Source of the DNA: an uncultured Acidimicrobiales bacterium
Lineage (GTDB): Bacteria; Actinomycetota; Acidimicrobiia; Acidimicrobiales; CAWCAL01
Direction of reading: 5' to 3'
Length of the DNA: 64,000 bases
NCBI GenBank assembly: GCA_963793475.1
Contig: CAWCAL010000004.1
Span: 221,964 to 285,963 of the forward strand
Under the pieces are notes generated by a model. It did not search any database and had not been told where the DNA came from. It saw only the letters and a program-made list of their open reading frames with translations. The translations under genes and the position numbers were made by a program. This document shows, piece after piece, positions 1 through 10,114 of the stretch; the first letter of the stretch is position 1; each line of letters starts with the position of its first letter.

Positions 1-57
1 GGCGGCACCGCCCAGCGCGATCGCGGCCGTCAGGAAGATCCATCGCATGCGCATCAT
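1..57 (-). CDS. 5' end of a gene running off the left edge; signal-peptide-like N-terminus
   Basis: Minus strand from 57 reads ATG ATG CGC ATG CGA TGG ATC TTC CTG ACG GCC GCG ATC... = MMRMRWIFLTAAIALGGAA. ATGA overlap (54-57) with the stop of the next gene. Too short for the ORF track. Confidence 0.3.
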   Translation of the reverse strand, partial: MMRMRWIFLTAAIALGGAA

Positions 58-830
58 CGGCCCTCGAACTGCGGTTCGCGCCGGTCGAGGAAGGCCTGGA
101 TCGCCTCGGCCGTGTCGGTCGTGCCGAAGTTCACCGTCTGCGCTCGGGCCTCCTCCTCGACCGCCTGCTCCATCCCGTTCGCCATCGAGTCGTTCAGCAT
201 CTTCTTGCTCATACTCAGCGCCAGGGTCGGTCCGGTGGCAAGTCGGGCCGCCCACTCGGCGACCACACCATCCAGTTCGTCGTCGGGCACCACCCGATTC
301 AACAGGCCCATGGCATGCACCTCCTCGGCCGAGAGCACGTCGGCGAAGAAGGCCAGCTCCTTCGCCCGGTGGAGTCCGACCAATCGCGGGAGCAGCCAGG
401 TGCCACCGAAATCGACCGACAGTCCGCGCCGGGCGAAGATCTCGCTGAACCGGGCCGACGACGACGCCACGACCAGATCCGCGGCCAGCGCCAGGTTGCA
501 GCCGGCGCCCGCCGCCACCCCGCGGACCTTCGCGATGACCGGCTGAGGGAGGCGGTGGAGCGCCAGGGCCACGTCGCTGACCTGGCGCATGGCGGCCAGC
601 GCCGGGCGCTCCGAGACCGAGGAGCCCATCGTGCGCACATCTGCGCCCGAACAGAACTCACCCCCCGCACCGGTGAGGACCACGACGCGATCCGCGGGAT
701 CGTCGTAGATGGAACGGAAGGTGGTCAGGAGCTCGTCCCACATCGTTCCGTCGATGGCGTTCTTGACCCGGGGTCGATCCAGGGTGACGGTCACGACCCC
801 GTCGGAGCGCTGCACTTGGATGGTCTCCAT
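54..830 (-). CDS. enoyl-CoA hydratase/isomerase (crotonase) family protein
   Basis: ORF 54..890. Family-typical sequence starts at METIQVQRSDGVVTVTLDRPRVKNAIDG (ATG at 830). Crotonase signatures VVVLTGAGGEFCSGADV and VIAKVRGVAAGAGCNLALAADL. Confidence 0.85.
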   Translation of the reverse strand: METIQVQRSDGVVTVTLDRPRVKNAIDGTMWDELLTTFRSIYDDPADRVVVLTGAGGEFCSGADVRTMGSSVSERPALAAMRQVSDVALALHRLPQPVIAKVRGVAAGAGCNLALAADLVVASSSARFSEIFARRGLSVDFGGTWLLPRLVGLHRAKELAFFADVLSAEEVHAMGLLNRVVPDDELDGVVAEWAARLATGPTLALSMSKKMLNDSMANGMEQAVEEEARAQTVNFGTTDTAEAIQAFLDRREPQFEGR

Positions 831-852
831 GGCGCCGCACCATACTGGAGCC

Positions 853-963
853 GTGGGATTCGACCCGTACCGCGAGGAGCGGCGCAGCATCGTCGATTAC
901 GTCCTCGTCGTGGTGACGCTCATCGTCATCGCCGGCATGGTGGCCTGGGCCTTCCTGGGCTGA
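853..963 (+). CDS. possible 36-aa single-pass membrane peptide
   Basis: GTG at 853 preceded by GGAG (847-850). Translation VGFDPYREERRSIVDYVLVVVTLIVIAGMVAWAFLG has one clear hydrophobic helix. Part of ORF 709..963. No family recognised. Confidence 0.3.
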   Translation: MGFDPYREERRSIVDYVLVVVTLIVIAGMVAWAFLG

Positions 964-1320
964 TCAGAAGGCGTCGACCAGGACGTCGACGACCGGGTCG
1001 GGGCCGCCCAGGAGCACCGCAGCGACGTCGAATCGGACACGCCGGGCGTGGGTGTCGGCTTCGGCCATCCACTCGCTGGCCAGTCGCCGGATCCGCAGCT
1101 GCTTGTCGCGGGTGACCGCCTCGGCCGGGGTGCCGAACCGATCCGAGCTGCGGGTCTTCACCTCGCAGAAGACGAGCAGGCCACCGGACCGGACCACGAG
1201 GTCGAGCTCCCCGCGACGGCTCCGCCAGTTGCGATCGACGACGCGGAACCCGCGTCGGGTGTACCAGTCTGCCGCCAGGTCCTCGCCCCGGCGGCCGCGT
1301 GCTTGGCGCGCTGCCGTCAT
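964..1320 (-). CDS. YraN family (UPF0102) endonuclease-like protein
   Basis: 118 aa with GEDLAADWYTRRGFRVVDRNWRSRRGELDLVV...VFCEVKTR, the YraN/UPF0102 pattern. Conserved position next to rplS. Confidence 0.85.
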   Translation of the reverse strand: MTAARQARGRRGEDLAADWYTRRGFRVVDRNWRSRRGELDLVVRSGGLLVFCEVKTRSSDRFGTPAEAVTRDKQLRIRRLASEWMAEADTHARRVRFDVAAVLLGGPDPVVDVLVDAF

Positions 1321-1412
1321 CGTGCCTCCCGACGACCAACGGCCGCCGCGACTCGTTCACTCCGGCAGGAGGGTGACACCAACCCGGTCGTCCGCGGGGA
1401 CGACCGAGCGGC

Positions 1413-1760
1413 TCAGGCGTCGCGCTTCTCTGCGACCTTCGCCCGCTTCCCGACGCGGTCGCGCAAGTAGTAGAGCTTGGCCCGACGGACGTCGCCGCGG
1501 ACGGTGGGCTCGATCTGGGCCAGCACCGGAGAATGGACCGGGAAGGTACGTTCGACGCCGACGCCGAAGCTGAGCTTGCGAACGGTGAAGGTCTCGCGGA
1601 GACCGGAGCCCTGCCGCCTGATGACGACGCCCTCGAAGATCTGGACCCGTTCGCGACTGCCTTCGACCACGCGCACGTGCACCTTCACGGTGTCGCCGGG
1701 GGCGAAGTCGGGGATGTCCTCTCGAAGCGAGGCCTGATCGATGAGATCGGTCGGGTTCAT
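1413..1760 (-). CDS. rplS: 50S ribosomal protein L19
   Basis: C-terminal 115 aa of ORF 1413..2819: [51 protein letters not shown]... ATG (cat) at 1758-1760. The longer ORF upstream is Arg/Pro-rich junk. Confidence 0.95.
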   Translation of the reverse strand: MNPTDLIDQASLREDIPDFAPGDTVKVHVRVVEGSRERVQIFEGVVIRRQGSGLRETFTVRKLSFGVGVERTFPVHSPVLAQIEPTVRGDVRRAKLYYLRDRVGKRAKVAEKRDA

Positions 1761-1861
1761 GGCGCGGAAGCTCCTGCCGAATCCTGTGCGAGGGGGAAGG
1801 GGGACGATTGTCCGGATCAGAGAGCCTAGCGGCGCCGGGCGGCCCTTTGCGAAGCCACCCC

Positions 1862-2611
1862 TCAGGCGCCGTCCGGGTCGACGGCATCGGGATCGAGGTG
1901 GAATTCCTGCAGCACCGCTCGATCCTGGTCGCTCAGCCCGCCGCGCGCCTCGATCAGGTCGGGGCGCTTCCGCATCGTGCGCCACAGGCTCTGGGCCCGC
2001 CGCCACCGGGCGACCCGGCCGTGATCGCCGCTGGTGAGCACCTCGGGCACCGCCCTCCCCCGGAACTCGGCCGGGCGGGTGTACTGCGGGTGCTCCAGCA
2101 GGCCGTCGGTGAACGACTCCTCGGTGGCCGACGCCGCGTTTCCCATGACGCCGGGGACGAGCCGTCCGACGGCCTCGAGCACGACCAGCGCTGCAACCTC
2201 GCCCCCCGACAACACGAAATCCCCGATGCTGAGGGTGTCGTCGACCAGGTCCTGCTGGACGCGATGGTCGACGCCCTCGTAGCGGCCGCACAGAAGCGAG
2301 AATCCGTCGACGGCAGCCAGAACCTCGGCCATGCGCTGATCGAAGCGGCGGCCACCCGCGTCCAGCAGGAACAGCGGCCGGGGCGGGTCGACCGTCTCGA
2401 CCGTAGTGAAGATCGGTTCGGGCATGAGCACCATGCCGGCACCGCCACCGAACGGTGCGTCGTCGACCGACCGATGTGGATCGCGGGTGGCCGCACGAAG
2501 GTCGTGGACACGCAGGTCGAGCAACCCACCTTCCCGTGCTCGGCCCAGCAGACTGCGGCCGGCGAAGTCCCCGATCATGTCGGGGAAGATGGTGAAGACG
2601 TCGATGCGCAC
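1862..2611 (-). CDS. trmD: tRNA (guanine37-N1)-methyltransferase
   Basis: [39 protein letters not shown]...[13 protein letters not shown]; GTG start at 2611; canonical rimM-trmD-rplS order. Confidence 0.95.
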   Translation of the reverse strand: MRIDVFTIFPDMIGDFAGRSLLGRAREGGLLDLRVHDLRAATRDPHRSVDDAPFGGGAGMVLMPEPIFTTVETVDPPRPLFLLDAGGRRFDQRMAEVLAAVDGFSLLCGRYEGVDHRVQQDLVDDTLSIGDFVLSGGEVAALVVLEAVGRLVPGVMGNAASATEESFTDGLLEHPQYTRPAEFRGRAVPEVLTSGDHGRVARWRRAQSLWRTMRKRPDLIEARGGLSDQDRAVLQEFHLDPDAVDPDGA

Positions 2612-2620
2612 GAGCCGGAC

Positions 2621-3064
2621 CTACGCGAGCTCGAAGAGCCCGTTGGGGCACTGCGTGACCACGACACCATCGACGACGTCGACGACGAACCGCGACGGGA
2701 CGAGGACCCCCGAGTCGAGGACCAGGAGGTCGCTGGCCGGGTTGTCCTGCACCGCGGTCACCGTCCCCCGGTCCACCCCGCCGTCGCACAGAGGCAGCCC
2801 GATCAGATCGTCGACCCACAAGACGTCGTCGTCCTCGTCCTGCAGCGGAGGCGCCGTGAGCTCGGCGCCGCGTAGTGCCTCGGCCTGGTCGCGGCTGGAC
2901 ACACCGTCGAACCGCATGATCCAGCGGGCCTTGTCGGGACGGGCCAGGCGAAGCACCAGCGCACGATCGCCGACCCAGAACCGGGCGCCGGGCTCGGTTC
3001 GTTCGGGACGGTTGCTGACCAGGGAGACGATGACGTCCCCCTTGAGCGCGTGGGCTCGGCCCAC
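2621..3064 (-). CDS. rimM: ribosome maturation factor RimM
   Basis: [14 protein letters not shown]...[10 protein letters not shown]...[20 protein letters not shown] start at 3064. The conserved LIVGRV just upstream has no ATG/GTG/TTG, so the true start is uncertain. Confidence 0.85.
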   Translation of the reverse strand: MGRAHALKGDVIVSLVSNRPERTEPGARFWVGDRALVLRLARPDKARWIMRFDGVSSRDQAEALRGAELTAPPLQDEDDDVLWVDDLIGLPLCDGGVDRGTVTAVQDNPASDLLVLDSGVLVPSRFVVDVVDGVVVTQCPNGLFELA

Positions 3065-3101
3065 CCGACCGACGATCAGCCGGTCGGAGGAATGCGTCGG
3101 G

Positions 3102-3428
3102 TCAGTCGAGGAACTCGACGTCGACCTCTGCTCCGTCGCGCACGGCGGCAGCCCGGACGACCGTTCGGATGGCCTTGGCCACCCGACCGCGCCGGCCGAT
3201 GACCCGGCCCATGTCTCCGTCGGACACGGCGACCTGGAGCTCGAGGCGGCCGCCGTCGTCGTAGACCGACACGCTCACGCCGTCGGGGTCGGTCACGACC
3301 GCCTTGGCCAGGTACTCACACACGGCGACGGCTGTGTCGACGTTGCCGTCGCCGCCCTCGGCCCGGTTGCCGTCGACCTCGTCCTCGATCTCGTCGACCT
3401 CTTCGTCGACCTCGTTGGCGTCGCTCAT
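3102..3428 (-). CDS. KH-domain RNA-binding protein (YlqC/UPF0109-like)
   Basis: C-terminal [25 protein letters not shown] (KH GXXG motif) behind an acidic N-terminus. ATGA overlap with the rpsP stop (3425-3428). Confidence 0.85.
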   Translation of the reverse strand: MSDANEVDEEVDEIEDEVDGNRAEGGDGNVDTAVAVCEYLAKAVVTDPDGVSVSVYDDGGRLELQVAVSDGDMGRVIGRRGRVAKAIRTVVRAAAVRDGAEVDVEFLD

Positions 3429-3745
3429 GCGTCGGCCTCCGCCGTGTCGTCGGCGGGCTCGGCCGCGACGGCGGTGGCCGGTGGGGCCTCGCCCTTGAAC
3501 TCGGCCCAGGCGCCCGAGATCTTCAGGAGCTTCTCGACCCGCTCGGTGGGCTGCGCGCCATGGCGCAGCCAGTGGACGGCCTTCTCGTTGTCGATCTTCA
3601 CGCCCGAGGGCTCGACCCGGGGCTGATAGGTCCCCAGGATCTCGATGAAGCGCCCATTGCGCGGGGAACGGCTGTCGGCAACGACCACTCGATAGGTCGG
3701 TTGCTTCTTCTTGCCCATCCGCATGAGGCGGAGTTTCACTGCCAC
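3425..3745 (-). CDS. rpsP: 30S ribosomal protein S16
   Basis: [42 protein letters not shown]... GTG at 3745 with GGAGAAAG about 8 nt upstream. The rest of ORF 3425..3976 is not S16-like. Confidence 0.95.
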   Translation of the reverse strand: MAVKLRLMRMGKKKQPTYRVVVADSRSPRNGRFIEILGTYQPRVEPSGVKIDNEKAVHWLRHGAQPTERVEKLLKISGAWAEFKGEAPPATAVAAEPADDTAEADA

Positions 3746-3824
3746 GTTTGTCTTTCTCCGTGTTCTTGGACCGATCGGCCAGGCTACTCGGAACCGGCCC
3801 CGGTGACGATCTGGATGGAGCGGA

Positions 3825-5309
3825 TCAGCGGGGCGGGGGTCCGCCGGGGCCACCCAGCTCGTCCGCCAGCTGGCCGAAGTCGGGCAGGACCAGATCCTTC
3901 GCTCCGCCCTTCGGGGTGACCCGACCGCCGCCCTTCTGGCCGGACTTCGGTCCTCCCTTGGGCGTGGTCCGTCCACCGCCCTTGCCCTTCTTCTTGCCCT
4001 TGCGACCCTTGCTCCGCTTCTTGGAGCCCATGCCGCTGAACTGCTTCATCACCTTGCGCATCTCGCGGAACTGGCTGATGAGGTTGGCGACATCGCTGGA
4101 CTTGGTCCCGCTGCCGGCGGCGATTCGCTCGCGTCGGGAGGGGTCGACGATGTCGGGATCGGCGCGCTCGGCGGTGGTCATCGAGCGGATGATGGCCTCG
4201 ATCCGACCGATCTCCCGGTCGTCGATCTCGACGTCCTTCACCTCTTTGGGGACGCCGGGCATCATGCCGAGAATCCCCTGGAGTGGACCCATCTTCTTCA
4301 GCTGCTGCATCTGTTCGAGGAAATCGTCCAGCGTGAACTGGCCCTCGAGCAGCTTTCGAGCGGCGTCCTCGGCCTCGTCGGCCTCGAAGGCCTCCTCGGC
4401 CTTCTCGATGAGGGTGAGCATGTCGCCCATCCCCAGGATGCGCCCGGCGAGACGGTCGGGGTGGAAGAGCTCGAAGTCGGCGATCTTCTCGCCGGTGGAG
4501 GCGAACGCGATGGGCCGTCCGACCACCTCTTTCACCGAGAGGGCGGCACCGCCGCGGGCGTCGCCGTCGAGCTTGGTGAGGATCACACCGTCGAGCTCGA
4601 GGGTCCGATGGAACGACTCGGCCACGGTGACGGCGTCCTGGCCGGTCATCGCGTCGACGACGAGGAACGTGTAGTGCGGCTCGACGGCGTCGGAGATCTG
4701 GCGGACCTGCAGCATCAACTCCTCGTCGATGGCCAGGCGACCGGCGGTGTCGACGAGGACGACGTCACGCCCCAAGCGGGTGGCCTCGACCATGCCGGCG
4801 GCGGCGGCCGCGACCGGATCGGTGGGCTCACTGAAGACCGGGACGTCGATCTGCGCGCCGAGGGTGCGCAACTGCTCGACTGCTGCGGGTCGCTGCAGGT
4901 CGGCCCCGACCATGAGCGGGTTGCGGCCCTGCTTCTTGAACCACTGTGCGAGCTTGGCCGTGTTGGTGGTCTTACCCGAACCCTGCAGGCCCGCCATGAG
5001 CACCACGGTGGGCGGCTTGGAGGCGAAGGTGATCTTGATGGTCTCGCCGCCGAGGGAGGTGGTGAGCTCCTCGTTGACGATCTTGATGACCTGCTGGGCC
5101 GGGTTGAGGGCGCCGGAGAGCTCGTCGCCGACACAGCGCTCGCGGATGCGGGCCAGGAGGTTCTTGACGACCTCGAAGTTGACGTCGGCCTCGAGGAGGG
5201 CGACGCGGATCTCGCGCAGGGTCTCGTCGACGTCGGCTTCGCTCAGCTTGCCGCGGCCGCGCAGCCGGGTGAAGATGCCGTCGAATCGGTCGGAAAGTGC
5301 CTCGAACAT
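3825..5309 (-). CDS. ffh: signal recognition particle protein Ffh
   Basis: 494 aa: [18 protein letters not shown]..., GTPase motifs [20 protein letters not shown], and an M-domain with a Lys/Gly-rich tail. Confidence 0.95.
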   Translation of the reverse strand: MFEALSDRFDGIFTRLRGRGKLSEADVDETLREIRVALLEADVNFEVVKNLLARIRERCVGDELSGALNPAQQVIKIVNEELTTSLGGETIKITFASKPPTVVLMAGLQGSGKTTNTAKLAQWFKKQGRNPLMVGADLQRPAAVEQLRTLGAQIDVPVFSEPTDPVAAAAAGMVEATRLGRDVVLVDTAGRLAIDEELMLQVRQISDAVEPHYTFLVVDAMTGQDAVTVAESFHRTLELDGVILTKLDGDARGGAALSVKEVVGRPIAFASTGEKIADFELFHPDRLAGRILGMGDMLTLIEKAEEAFEADEAEDAARKLLEGQFTLDDFLEQMQQLKKMGPLQGILGMMPGVPKEVKDVEIDDREIGRIEAIIRSMTTAERADPDIVDPSRRERIAAGSGTKSSDVANLISQFREMRKVMKQFSGMGSKKRSKGRKGKKKGKGGGRTTPKGGPKSGQKGGGRVTPKGGAKDLVLPDFGQLADELGGPGGPPPR

Positions 5310-5375
5310 GTCCGGGGGAGGTTACCGCCCGGCTGGGCACCCGCGGCTCACTCGAGCCGAGGGTGGTGCCGCGGA

Positions 5376-6317
5376 TCAGCCACCCAGTCCCGCCGGGTCG
5401 ATGCCGCACCCCGTGAGGACGACGACGACCCGCCCCGTCGCCGCCGCCGAGTCTTCGGTATCCATCGCGGCCAGGTCGTCGAAGTCGACGGTCGTGAGGA
5501 AGCACTCCGACTCGGCTGCGGTGAGGCCGAGCCGGTCGGCGAACGCCTGGGCCACCTCCTGGCGCAAGGTCTCGTCGTTGAACAGGTCCTCGACCTGCTC
5601 GGCCGTGCCGGGGTCGCTCACGTCGGGCGGCGGCTCGTCACCGCCCTCGCCCAAGCTGATGTCGTTCAAGTCGATCCCGCACTCCTCTTCCACCACCGTC
5701 TCGATCGTCGCCTCCATCTCGGGAGTCATCGCCGCGCTGGATTCCGCGGCCACCAACGTCTCCGCAAAGACCTCCTCCAGCGACTCCATCGATGCGAAGA
5801 ACTCGACCCAGTCGGTCACAGCCTCCAACTCGGCGATGGACCGGTCCAGACTCGCCAGCCCTTCCCTGGAGCCGTCGGCCAGCACCTGCATCTCCTCGGC
5901 GACCGACTCCGGTGCAGCGGCCGCAGCAGCCTCGGCATGGGCGCTGGCCGCCTGGTACGACCCCCGCCCTTCTTGCATGGCCCCCACCAGTGAGGCTCCG
6001 ACCTCCTCGGCTTCGGCCCCTTCGATCCCGTCGCCCCCCTCGAGGAGCTCGAACATGGCCGAGCCGAACCCGATGCCAAGGATGCTGGCGGCCGCTTCGC
6101 CGAGCGAAGCCGTCATCGCGTCCATGGCCGAGCAGAAGTCGCCATCGGGGCCGGCCGACGACTTGGCCGCTCCCGTCTCCGCGCCGTCATCGGTCGTCGC
6201 CGCTTCGTCGACCGCGTCGCCCTGATCGACCGCTGCGTCGTCATCGCCGCAGGCCCCAACTCCGACGAGGCTGACCGCCAGGAGCACCGCAAGCGCCGTC
6301 CGGTGGAGGCGGCTCAT
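5376..6317 (-). CDS. very acidic putative lipoprotein, no family recognised
   Basis: MSRLHRTALAVLLAVSLVGVGAC = signal peptide plus lipobox. The mature part is extremely Asp/Glu/Ala-rich. Its ATG overlaps the ftsY stop (ATGA, 6314-6317). Confidence 0.6.
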   Translation of the reverse strand: MSRLHRTALAVLLAVSLVGVGACGDDDAAVDQGDAVDEAATTDDGAETGAAKSSAGPDGDFCSAMDAMTASLGEAAASILGIGFGSAMFELLEGGDGIEGAEAEEVGASLVGAMQEGRGSYQAASAHAEAAAAAAPESVAEEMQVLADGSREGLASLDRSIAELEAVTDWVEFFASMESLEEVFAETLVAAESSAAMTPEMEATIETVVEEECGIDLNDISLGEGGDEPPPDVSDPGTAEQVEDLFNDETLRQEVAQAFADRLGLTAAESECFLTTVDFDDLAAMDTEDSAAATGRVVVVLTGCGIDPAGLGG

Positions 6318-7429
6318 TCGAGCGCGAACAACACGTCGACGAACTCGTCGCCGTCGAAGGCCACGAGGTCGTCGGCGGTCTCGCCCAGACCGACGAGCTT
6401 GACGGGGATGCCGAGCACCTCGTGGATGGCCACGACGATGCCGCCCTTGGCCGAACCGTCCAGCTTGGTGAGCACCACGCCGGTCACGTCGACGGCCTCG
6501 GTGAACTGCTGGGCCTGGACCAGCCCGTTCTGGCCGGTGGTGGCGTCGAGCACGAGCAGGACCTCGGTCACGTTGCCGGGATCACGATCAGCGACCCGAC
6601 GCACCTTGGAGAGCTCCTCCATGAGGTTGACCTTGGTGTGGAGACGACCCGCCGTGTCCGCCAGGACCAGGTCGGCGTCGCGGGAGGCGGCGGACTGCAC
6701 GGCGTCGAAGATCACCGCGCTGGGGTCACCACCCTCCTCTCCCCGCACGATGTCCGCTCCGACCCGGTCGGCCCACATCTCGAGCTGTTCGGCGGCCGCG
6801 GCGCGGAAGGTGTCACCCGCGGCCATGACGACCCGATGTCCATCGTCGATCTGCTGCTTGCCGATCTTGCCGATCGTCGTGGTCTTTCCGACGCCGTTGA
6901 CGCCGACGAAGAGCCACACGTTGGGCGCGGCACCGGGGTCGAGGGACAGTGAGCGGTCCGCGCCGGCCAAGCGGGTTTTCAGGTCGGCCTTGAGGAGCTC
7001 GAGCAGCTGGTCGGGCTCGGTGATCCCCTGCTCGTCGACTTGTGACCTCAGGTGATCGAGCAGCTCGGTGGTGGGCTGGACGCCGACGTCGGCGCGGATG
7101 AGTGCCTCCTCGAGCTCGTCCCAGGTCTCCTGGGTGATCCCCGAGCGGGACAGGACCGATCCCATGTAGCCCGAGATGGCCCCGCGCGCCTTCCCCAGGC
7201 GATCGCGCAGCGTCGGCCGTTCGAGGACGGCGACCTCGCCGGGCGGCTCGGCCTCTTCGGCCGGGGGTGCCTCCTCGGGCGGGCGCTCCAGGGTGGCGGT
7301 CCCGCCACCGACCTCCGGGGACGGGGGTGGCTCGAGCTCGGCCGACGAGCGGCCACGGACGAGCCAGACGCCGCCGCCGACGAGAATGACAACAGCGAGG
7401 ATGACGAGGACGAGAACAATCGGATCCAT
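6314..7429 (-). CDS. ftsY: signal recognition particle-docking protein FtsY
   Basis: ORF 6314..7540. Likely start at MDPIVLVLVILAVVILVGGG (TM anchor, ATG at 7429). NG domain motifs GVNGVGKTT, DTAGR, TKLDGS. Confidence 0.9.
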   Translation of the reverse strand: MDPIVLVLVILAVVILVGGGVWLVRGRSSAELEPPPSPEVGGGTATLERPPEEAPPAEEAEPPGEVAVLERPTLRDRLGKARGAISGYMGSVLSRSGITQETWDELEEALIRADVGVQPTTELLDHLRSQVDEQGITEPDQLLELLKADLKTRLAGADRSLSLDPGAAPNVWLFVGVNGVGKTTTIGKIGKQQIDDGHRVVMAAGDTFRAAAAEQLEMWADRVGADIVRGEEGGDPSAVIFDAVQSAASRDADLVLADTAGRLHTKVNLMEELSKVRRVADRDPGNVTEVLLVLDATTGQNGLVQAQQFTEAVDVTGVVLTKLDGSAKGGIVVAIHEVLGIPVKLVGLGETADDLVAFDGDEFVDVLFALE

Positions 7430-7493
7430 GGTGACCGGAGAGCCTATCGACGGCACCGGGCCCCGTTGACCGATCGGGGGCCGCGGCGGGTGG

Positions 7494-8549
7494 TCAGCGG
7501 GTGGCGCCGTCCAGCGTGACGTCCACCTCGATCTGTTCACCGGTGCGGGCGATGGTGAGGGTTACCTGGTCGCCGGGCGCACGCCCACCGATGTCGGTGG
7601 CCAGCTCGCTGGGGTCACGGATCGAGCGGCCGTCGACCTCGACGACCCGATCGCCGATCGCAACGCCCGACCGCTCGGCGGCCGAGCCGGCCACGACGTC
7701 GGTGATGAGGGCTCCGGCGTCACCGCCGGCCGGGGGCTCCATGCTCACGCCGAGGAATCCCAGCTGCACCGACTCGCCGGCGACCAGTTGGTCGGCCACG
7801 GCCTTGGCCGTGTCGATCGGTACGGAGAACGAGACGCCGTCCGCACCACCCGACTGCGAGAAGATCGCGGTGTTGATCCCCATGACTTTCCCGTCCAGGC
7901 CCACCAGCGGACCACCGCTGTTGCCGGAGTTGACCGGGGTGTCCGACTGGATCATGCCCAGGTAGCCGTCGCCGACGGTGTTGAGCTCGCTGTTGACACG
8001 GGACACGATGCCGGCGGTGACGGTCTGCTCCAGCCCGAACGGGCTCCCGATGGCCACGGCTGTTTCGCCGGCGCGGGGCGGCTCGTCGAGCGCCAGCTCG
8101 GCCACGGTCAGGGTGACGACGTCGGAGGGGTCGATCGAGACGACGGCGACATCGGCCACGTCGTAGGTGCCGACCACCGAGCCGGAGACGAGCGTGCCAT
8201 CGGCCATGCGCACCTCGACGGTTCGGGCGTTGCCCACCACGTGGGCGTTGGTCATGATCAGGCCCTGGGCGTCGTAGACGAACCCGGAGCCGAGACCCGA
8301 GCCCGTCTCGATCTGCACGACGGCGGGAGCGACCGCCGCGGCCACATCGGCGACCGGCTCGCCGGACCCTCCGACGATCGGAGTCGGCGACGGCACGGTC
8401 GCCGACGCCACCTGCTCGGTTCCCCCGTTTGCCTGCGGCGCATCATCGGCGGTGGTTCGACCGATGACGACACCGCTGGCAACGAGTGCGCCACCCGCCA
8501 GGAAGGCGAGTGGCGCAGTCCACCAGCGACCTCGATGCGACAGCTGCAT
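7494..8549 (-). CDS. HtrA/DegP (PepD-like) trypsin-type serine protease with C-terminal PDZ domain
   Basis: MQLSHRGRWWTAPLAFLAGGALVASGVVIG (TM), TNAHVV (His), GNSGGPL (Ser), PDZ-like tail. ORF extends to 8762, but 8550-8762 looks non-coding, so the start is uncertain. Confidence 0.85.
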   Translation of the reverse strand: MQLSHRGRWWTAPLAFLAGGALVASGVVIGRTTADDAPQANGGTEQVASATVPSPTPIVGGSGEPVADVAAAVAPAVVQIETGSGLGSGFVYDAQGLIMTNAHVVGNARTVEVRMADGTLVSGSVVGTYDVADVAVVSIDPSDVVTLTVAELALDEPPRAGETAVAIGSPFGLEQTVTAGIVSRVNSELNTVGDGYLGMIQSDTPVNSGNSGGPLVGLDGKVMGINTAIFSQSGGADGVSFSVPIDTAKAVADQLVAGESVQLGFLGVSMEPPAGGDAGALITDVVAGSAAERSGVAIGDRVVEVDGRSIRDPSELATDIGGRAPGDQVTLTIARTGEQIEVDVTLDGATR

Positions 8550-10114
8550 CTTCGAATCGGATCCGGTACCTGAAGGCCCATGGACAGCTTCATGGGAGGG
8601 AGAGCGACCTTGGTCGGTACCGGGTCCCGGAGGAGGGAGCCAGACCGGGGAATCCGATTCGGGGTGACTGGTTGTGTGATTCGGGGGATCTGGGAGAAGG
8701 ATGGTCCCTTCGGTGGGTGGAGCGTGATCCCCGATCGGGTCAGGGTGTGATCGGGCTTGCATGTACCGAAGGTACCGATGCCCGTCGAAAGTGGAGATAA
8801 ACGGGGCCCCCGTAGGCGTAGGCCGATCGGATCATTTGGCTGATCGGCGGCCGCGACCGGCGACACACCCACGTCGTCCCTCGTGGGTCCGAAGTCCTCC
8901 GGGGTGGTGGCGCTCAACGACACCGTGAAGGTCGAACCGACGCCGAGCTCGGAATCGAGTTCGATCCGTCCCCCGTGGGCCTCGACGATTTGCCGCACGA
9001 TGGTGAGCCCCAGCCCGCTGCGACCTCGTGAGGCACTTCCGTTGGTGGCGCTGCGCCAGAAGCGCTGGAACACGAGGTTCTGCTCGGAGTCGGCGATCCC
9101 CGGACCTTCGTCGGACACGCGGATCAGGGCCCGGCGGTCGTCGCCGAAGCCCTCGGTCCGGGCTGCCACCGTGACGGTCGACGCCTCCGGAGCGAGCCGC
9201 ACCGCGTTGGCCACCAGGTTGGCGATGGCCCGCTGGAGCGCCACCTGGTCGCCGCTCACCCAGACGTCGGCCTCGGCGTCGGCGACGAGATCGATCGAGC
9301 GAGCCTCGGCGACCGCTGCGAAGTCGCTCTCGATCAGCTCGACCATGTGAGAGACGTCGACGGGCGCGTTCCCCAGCTCGGGACGTTCGTGCCGTGCGTA
9401 CAGCAGCAGGTCGTCGACGAGCGTCGACATGCGCTCGGCGGCGCGGCCCACGACGTCGGCGGTCTCGCGGAGCTCATCGGTGGTCACGTCGTCGTCGGAG
9501 AGCGTCACGTCGAGGTTGGTGCGGATCACCGCAAGCGGGTTACGCAACTCGTGCGATGCCTCGTGGATGAACTGGCGCTGGCTCTCGAAGGCCACGTCGA
9601 GCCGGCCGATCATGTCGTCGAACGTGTCGGCGAGGTGTTTGAGCTCGTCGTCAGGACCGTCGAGTCCGATCCGCCGCTGCAGATCGGTGGCCTGGATGTC
9701 CTCGGCCACCTGGGTGATGCGATCGATCGGTGCGAGCACACGACCGGCGACGAACCAGCCGACGCCGAGGCTCCCGACGAACAGGATGGCCAGTGCGCTG
9801 AACGAGTAGGTCCGCAGATTCTCGAGCGTCGTGCGATTGACCTGCTTCTCGAAGAACGCCAGTGCGTCGATCTCTTCGCGTTCGCTCACGCCGATGACGA
9901 CCCCGGCACGGGTCGGGACCGCCTGCACGACCTCCTGTCGGCGCGTCACGGGTTGGCCGGACACCGAGTTGGCCACCCCGAGATAGATGGCCCCCACCAC
10001 GATGGCGGCGAGGCCGAACAGCATCAGCGAATAGATCAGCGTCAACCGGAACCGGACCGACCCCATCCAGTTGGGGAGCCGGGTGGTGGTCGCCAACGAC
10101 CGCTGCAGACTCAC
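8258..10114 (-). CDS. HAMP-domain sensor histidine kinase (MprB-like); ORF lacks a stop after the ATPase domain
   Basis: Two TM segments, HAMP, H-box HELRNPLAV, G-boxes DEGPGI and GLGLTIV, ending GVGSTFTVSLS near 8899. The frame then stays open ~214 more codons, into the htrA-like gene in another frame. Confidence 0.8.
   Translation of the reverse strand: MSLQRSLATTTRLPNWMGSVRFRLTLIYSLMLFGLAAIVVGAIYLGVANSVSGQPVTRRQEVVQAVPTRAGVVIGVSEREEIDALAFFEKQVNRTTLENLRTYSFSALAILFVGSLGVGWFVAGRVLAPIDRITQVAEDIQATDLQRRIGLDGPDDELKHLADTFDDMIGRLDVAFESQRQFIHEASHELRNPLAVIRTNLDVTLSDDDVTTDELRETADVVGRAAERMSTLVDDLLLYARHERPELGNAPVDVSHMVELIESDFAAVAEARSIDLVADAEADVWVSGDQVALQRAIANLVANAVRLAPEASTVTVAARTEGFGDDRRALIRVSDEGPGIADSEQNLVFQRFWRSATNGSASRGRSGLGLTIVRQIVEAHGGRIELDSELGVGSTFTVSLSATTPEDFGPTRDDVGVSPVAAADQPNDPIGLRLRGPRLSPLSTGIGTFGTCKPDHTLTRSGITLHPPKGPSFSQIPRITQPVTPNRIPRSGSLLRDPVPTKVALPPMKLSMGLQVPDPIRRCSCRIEVAGGLRHSPSWRVAHSLPAVSSSVEPPPMMRRRQTGEPSRWRRRPCRRRLRSSEGPASRSPMWPRRSLPPSCRSRRARVSAPGSSTTPRA

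Noticed and set aside
8729-8755. Hairpin CCCGATC-gggtcagggtgt-GATCGGG upstream of the htrA-like gene. Its loop faintly resembles the GGGGTCAGG core of the palindromic element family.
   Set aside because: The core match is only GGGTCAGG, and the arms are unrelated to the two arm types. It may be a degenerate copy, but the evidence is insufficient to list it as a family member.
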